Shown here: piece after piece, positions 22,320 through 25,222 of the stretch | Numbering within the stretch: position 1 is the first letter of the stretch | Layout of the letters: the number at the start of each line of letters is the position of its first letter | From: a virus | Taxonomy: Duplodnaviria; Caudoviricetes | DNA length: 25,222 nt | IMG/VR virus record: IMGVR_UViG_3300048848_000236 | Span: 1 to 25,222 of that record | Direction: 5' to 3' (one strand) | The notes under the pieces: model-generated | What the model was told of the DNA's origin: nothing | Databases searched by the model: none | The model's input: only the letters and a program-made list of their open reading frames with translations | Position numbers and translations under genes: made by a program

Positions 22320-23152
22320 CGATCCGCACCCTCCCGAAGATCGAGATCGGCGTTATCGCTGCCTCGGCAATAGAACTTTCCGCCCAGGCCCTGGCGCGCT
22401 GGGACGAGACGATCAGTGCTGCGGCGCCGAAGTCGGACAACACAATCTCGATCCTCGGCCCGATCGGCGAAGACATCTTCGGTGAAGGCGTGACGGTGAA
22501 GCGCATCACCGCCGCGTTGCGCGCGATCGGCGACCAGGATGTGATCGCCAACATCAATTCGCCCGGCGGCAACATGTTCGAAGGTCTCGCCATCTTCAAC
22601 GCGCTGCGCGAGCATCCGCGAAAGGTGACGGTTCGCGTGCTGGGCATCGCCGCCTCGGCCGCCTCGCTGATCGCGATGGCCGGTGACACGATCGAGGTCG
22701 CGAAGGCCGGGTTCATCATGATCCACAACGCGAACGTGCCGGATGCAGGCAATCGCCACGACAAGCGCGAGATCGCCGACAAGCTTGAGCAATTCGATGC
22801 CGCCATGGCCGGGCTGTACGCTGATCGGACTGGTCTGCCGCGCGCGAAGATCGCGGCCATGATGGACGACGAGACCTTCCTGGCCGGCGAGGATGCGGTG
22901 ACCGCGAAGTTCGCCGACGCGCTCCTTTCGTCCGATGCCGTCACGCACGAACCCAAGGCCGAGATGACCGCGCTACGCCGCCTAGACGATGCGCTTGCTC
23001 GCGGCGATCGACTTCCGCGCGCCGAGCGGCGCGCACTCATTTCCGAAATCACCGGCACGCCGCGCGCTGTCGATGAACCCGCCACGCCGGGCGCTGGCGA
23101 CACCGTAGGGCTGAGCATCGCGCTCGCCCGCCTCAAGCTCATGCGAGCGTAG
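22316..23152 (+). CDS. ClpP-like (S14) head maturation protease
   Basis: INSPGG, GIAASAAS.IAMAGD, MIHN; GGAGGA RBS and GTGA coupling. Confidence 0.94.
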   Translation: MTIRTLPKIEIGVIAASAIELSAQALARWDETISAAAPKSDNTISILGPIGEDIFGEGVTVKRITAALRAIGDQDVIANINSPGGNMFEGLAIFNALREHPRKVTVRVLGIAASAASLIAMAGDTIEVAKAGFIMIHNANVPDAGNRHDKREIADKLEQFDAAMAGLYADRTGLPRAKIAAMMDDETFLAGEDAVTAKFADALLSSDAVTHEPKAEMTALRRLDDALARGDRLPRAERRALISEITGTPRAVDEPATPGAGDTVGLSIALARLKLMRA

Positions 23153-23172
23153 CGCCAGAAAGGGCGAACATC

Positions 23173-24390
23173 ATGGCAGACAAGGATACCGCCGACCTCC
23201 TGAAGGAGGTTTCGGCCGAACTCGTGAAGGTCAGCGACAAGCTGACCACCCAAGCCGAAGCGGCGATGACCGAAGTCAAGAACGCCGGCAAGCTGTCGAC
23301 GGAGACCAAGGCCGAGGTCGACAAGCTCATCGCCAGCCAGGCCGGGCTGGTCGGTACGGTCGACGCGATGAAGGCGCAGCTCGGTGAAATCGAGCAGCGC
23401 TCGGTGCGTCGCGGCGGCGTCGGCGCGGATAAGGTCCGCTCGGTGGGCGCGCAGCTCGTCGAGCACGAGACGATCAAGGGCCTCTCGTCCAACAAGCTGC
23501 AGCCTGGTCAGACCTTCAACATCCCCGTTCAGAACGCTCTGCTCAGCTCCGGCGTCGCCGAGGGTGTGGTCGAGCCGCAGCGCCTGCCGGGCGTCGATCG
23601 CATGCCGGCGCAGCGCCTGTTCATCACCGACCTGATCGCGCCGGGTCGGACCACGTCGCCGGCGATCTTCTGGGTGCAGCAGACCGGCTTCGTCAACAAC
23701 GCCGCGGTCGTGCCCGAAGGCGTGAAGAAGCCGGAGTCCGTGATCACGTTCGCGACCAAGATCACGCCCGTCGTGACGATCGCGCACCTGTTCAAGGCGT
23801 CCAAGCAGATCCTCGACGACTTCGCCCAGCTGCAGAGCACGGTCGATGCGGAGATGCGCTACGGGCTCGCCTACTCCAAGGAGCAGGAGATCCTGTTTGG
23901 TGCCGGCGGCTCGACGAACATTGAGGGCATCGTTCCCCAAGCGTCAGCTTTCGCACCGGCCTTTGCTCCGGCAGCGCGCACTCCGATCGACGACATCCGG
24001 CTGGCGATCCTCCAGGCGCAGCTCGCGCGGCTGCCGTCCACCGGCATCGTCCTGCACCACATGGACTGGGCGAAGATCGAGCTCACCAAGGATGCGAACG
24101 GCGTCTACATCCTCGCCAATCCGCTGCGGCTCGCCGGCCCGACCCTGTGGGGTCTGCCGGTTGTCGCGACGGAGGTGCCGGAGTTCGAGGGCGAGTTCCT
24201 GGTCGGCGCCTTCAACAGCGGTGCGCAGTTCTTCCAGCGTGAAGACGCCAACGTGGTGATCGCGACGACCAACACGGACGACTTCGAGAAGAACATGATC
24301 ACCGTGCGCTGCGAGGAGCGCGGTGCGCTCGCGGTCAAGCGGCCGGAGGCGTTCGTGACGGGACCGTTCGGCGCGCCGGTCGTCCCTTAA
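23173..24390 (+). CDS. HK97-fold major capsid protein
   Basis: Coiled-coil delta domain, V.EG..KPES, SKQILDD, LWGLPVV, F.KN...R.EER...V.RP.AF. Confidence 0.96.
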   Translation: MADKDTADLLKEVSAELVKVSDKLTTQAEAAMTEVKNAGKLSTETKAEVDKLIASQAGLVGTVDAMKAQLGEIEQRSVRRGGVGADKVRSVGAQLVEHETIKGLSSNKLQPGQTFNIPVQNALLSSGVAEGVVEPQRLPGVDRMPAQRLFITDLIAPGRTTSPAIFWVQQTGFVNNAAVVPEGVKKPESVITFATKITPVVTIAHLFKASKQILDDFAQLQSTVDAEMRYGLAYSKEQEILFGAGGSTNIEGIVPQASAFAPAFAPAARTPIDDIRLAILQAQLARLPSTGIVLHHMDWAKIELTKDANGVYILANPLRLAGPTLWGLPVVATEVPEFEGEFLVGAFNSGAQFFQREDANVVIATTNTDDFEKNMITVRCEERGALAVKRPEAFVTGPFGAPVVP

Positions 24391-24407
24391 CCTGTCACCC
24401 CGTGACT

Positions 24408-24433
24408 GAGGCCGCCTACCCATGGGCGGCCTC
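24408..24433 (+). other. GC-rich stem-loop after the capsid gene
   Basis: GAGGCCGCCTA-CCCA-TGGGCGGCCTC with no clear U-tract; possibly mRNA-stabilising. Confidence 0.5.
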
Positions 24434-24450
24434 CATTCTGGAGAAGCAAC

Positions 24451-24699
24451 ATGGACATCAAGCCCAACCGACCGATCCGGGTCGGCACGAAGATGATGCG
24501 AACCGAGGGGGTGGAGGTGAAGCTCCCCACCATCGAGGAATATGCCGGCGAGCTTCAGGCCCTCACCGACAAGGCGGTCGCCGTGACCGGTCAGGTCAAG
24601 GTCGTTCCCGAGAGCCTCGCCCCGGTCGCCGCGCCGGACCCGGAAGGCACTGTCGTAGTGCCCACGGGTGGGCGTCGTGCAGCCACGCGCAACACCTGA
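24451..24699 (+). CDS. Hypothetical protein (82 aa) after the capsid gene
   Basis: GGAGAAG RBS; phage-like codon usage. Confidence 0.75.
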   Translation: MDIKPNRPIRVGTKMMRTEGVEVKLPTIEEYAGELQALTDKAVAVTGQVKVVPESLAPVAAPDPEGTVVVPTGGRRAATRNT

Positions 24700-24721
24700 G
24701 CCGCTCCTCCTGCGCAACCTC

Positions 24722-24750
24722 GGCCGCACCTCCGGGTGCGGCCCTTTCTT
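24722..24750 (+). terminator. Intrinsic terminator-like hairpin
   Basis: GGCCGCACC-TCCG-GGTGCGGCC followed by CTTTCTT. Confidence 0.7.
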
Positions 24751-24763
24751 CCGGGAGGTGCTG

Positions 24764-25222
24764 ATGCGCGTCACCGTCATCACGCCACCGGCGCCTGTCG
24801 TTACCTTTGAGGAAGCCGTCGCCCGACTGAAGCTGGGCGGCGGTGAGGCGGAACGGGCGAACGTCGAGGGCATGATCGCCGCGGCGACCGGCAGTCTCGA
24901 CGGCCCTGGCGGCTGGCTCGGCCGCTCGATCGGAGTGCAGACCCTTGAGGCTCGCACCGACCACTTCGACTGTGGCTCGCTTCGTCTGCCCTATCCCGAA
25001 ATCATCAGCGTCACCTCGGTCAAGCACATCGATGCAGCCGGCGTGGAGCAGACCGTCGCCTCCGATCGCTACGAGTTGCTGGGCGCTTCGCTCGTCCCCA
25101 CGCTCGGAGCCACGTGGCCGACGCCGCGTTGGCAGCGCGAGGCGGTTCGGATCCGCTACCAGGCCGGGTACGTCCCGGGCGCGCCGCAACTGGCTGTCGT
25201 CAAAACCTCGATCCTGCTGATG
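24764..25222 (+). CDS. Head-tail connector (gp6-like), truncated by the window edge
   Basis: MRVTVITPPAPVVTFEEA...I.AA...LDGP.GWLGRS...QT...LP...AVRIRY.AGY; GGGAGG RBS; open to the end of the window. Confidence 0.88.
   Translation, partial: MRVTVITPPAPVVTFEEAVARLKLGGGEAERANVEGMIAAATGSLDGPGGWLGRSIGVQTLEARTDHFDCGSLRLPYPEIISVTSVKHIDAAGVEQTVASDRYELLGASLVPTLGATWPTPRWQREAVRIRYQAGYVPGAPQLAVVKTSILLM

Larger units (their letters stand above)
1..25222. mobile_element. Temperate prophage (P4-type integrase, lambdoid switch, HK97-like head module); continues past the right edge, attL probably just left of the window
   Basis: Canonical order: integrase, alpA, leftward early genes, CI/Cro, replication, antiterminator, HNH, terminase, portal, protease, capsid, connector. 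Confidence 0.97.

Noticed and set aside
22291-24957. Long minus-strand ORFs (549 aa and 337 aa) over the protease and capsid genes
   Set aside because: GC-rich antisense shadows. They show that long antisense ORFs alone are not evidence; only the exact coupled chains were counted as bridges.

Overview
This window is the left ~25 kb of an integrated temperate (lambdoid/HK97-like) prophage in a GC-rich alphaproteobacterium; a Sphingomonadaceae-like host is inferred from protein style only. Gene order: (1) an arm-binding/GIY-YIG fusion gene and a P4-type tyrosine integrase; (2) an accessory slot with a CHAP hydrolase, decayed int and alpA fragments, and a STAS-kinase + STAS pair; (3) a leftward early operon (ParB-like, HTH-HerA-like ATPase, small genes, thermonuclease, alpA); (4) a CI/Cro switch; (5) a rightward early operon (cII-like, DnaB, replication initiator, NusG-like antiterminator); (6) HNH, putative cos, TerS, TerL, portal, ClpP-type protease, HK97 capsid and head-tail connector. 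No rRNA, tRNA or CRISPR array was seen. The most striking observation is that both early operons contain counter-oriented cargo genes (8 in total), and every one is covered on the operon strand by 'bridge' ORFs joined by exact 4-nt (A/G)TGA stop/start overlaps. This gives unbroken translational-coupling chains from cro to nusG (12 junctions) and from parB to alpA (7 junctions). Other points of interest: an array of related small antisense genes with their own promoters, an apparently non-cleavable repressor, and repeated duplicated gene ends flanking cargo. Family assignments come from reading motifs by eye, not from database searches.
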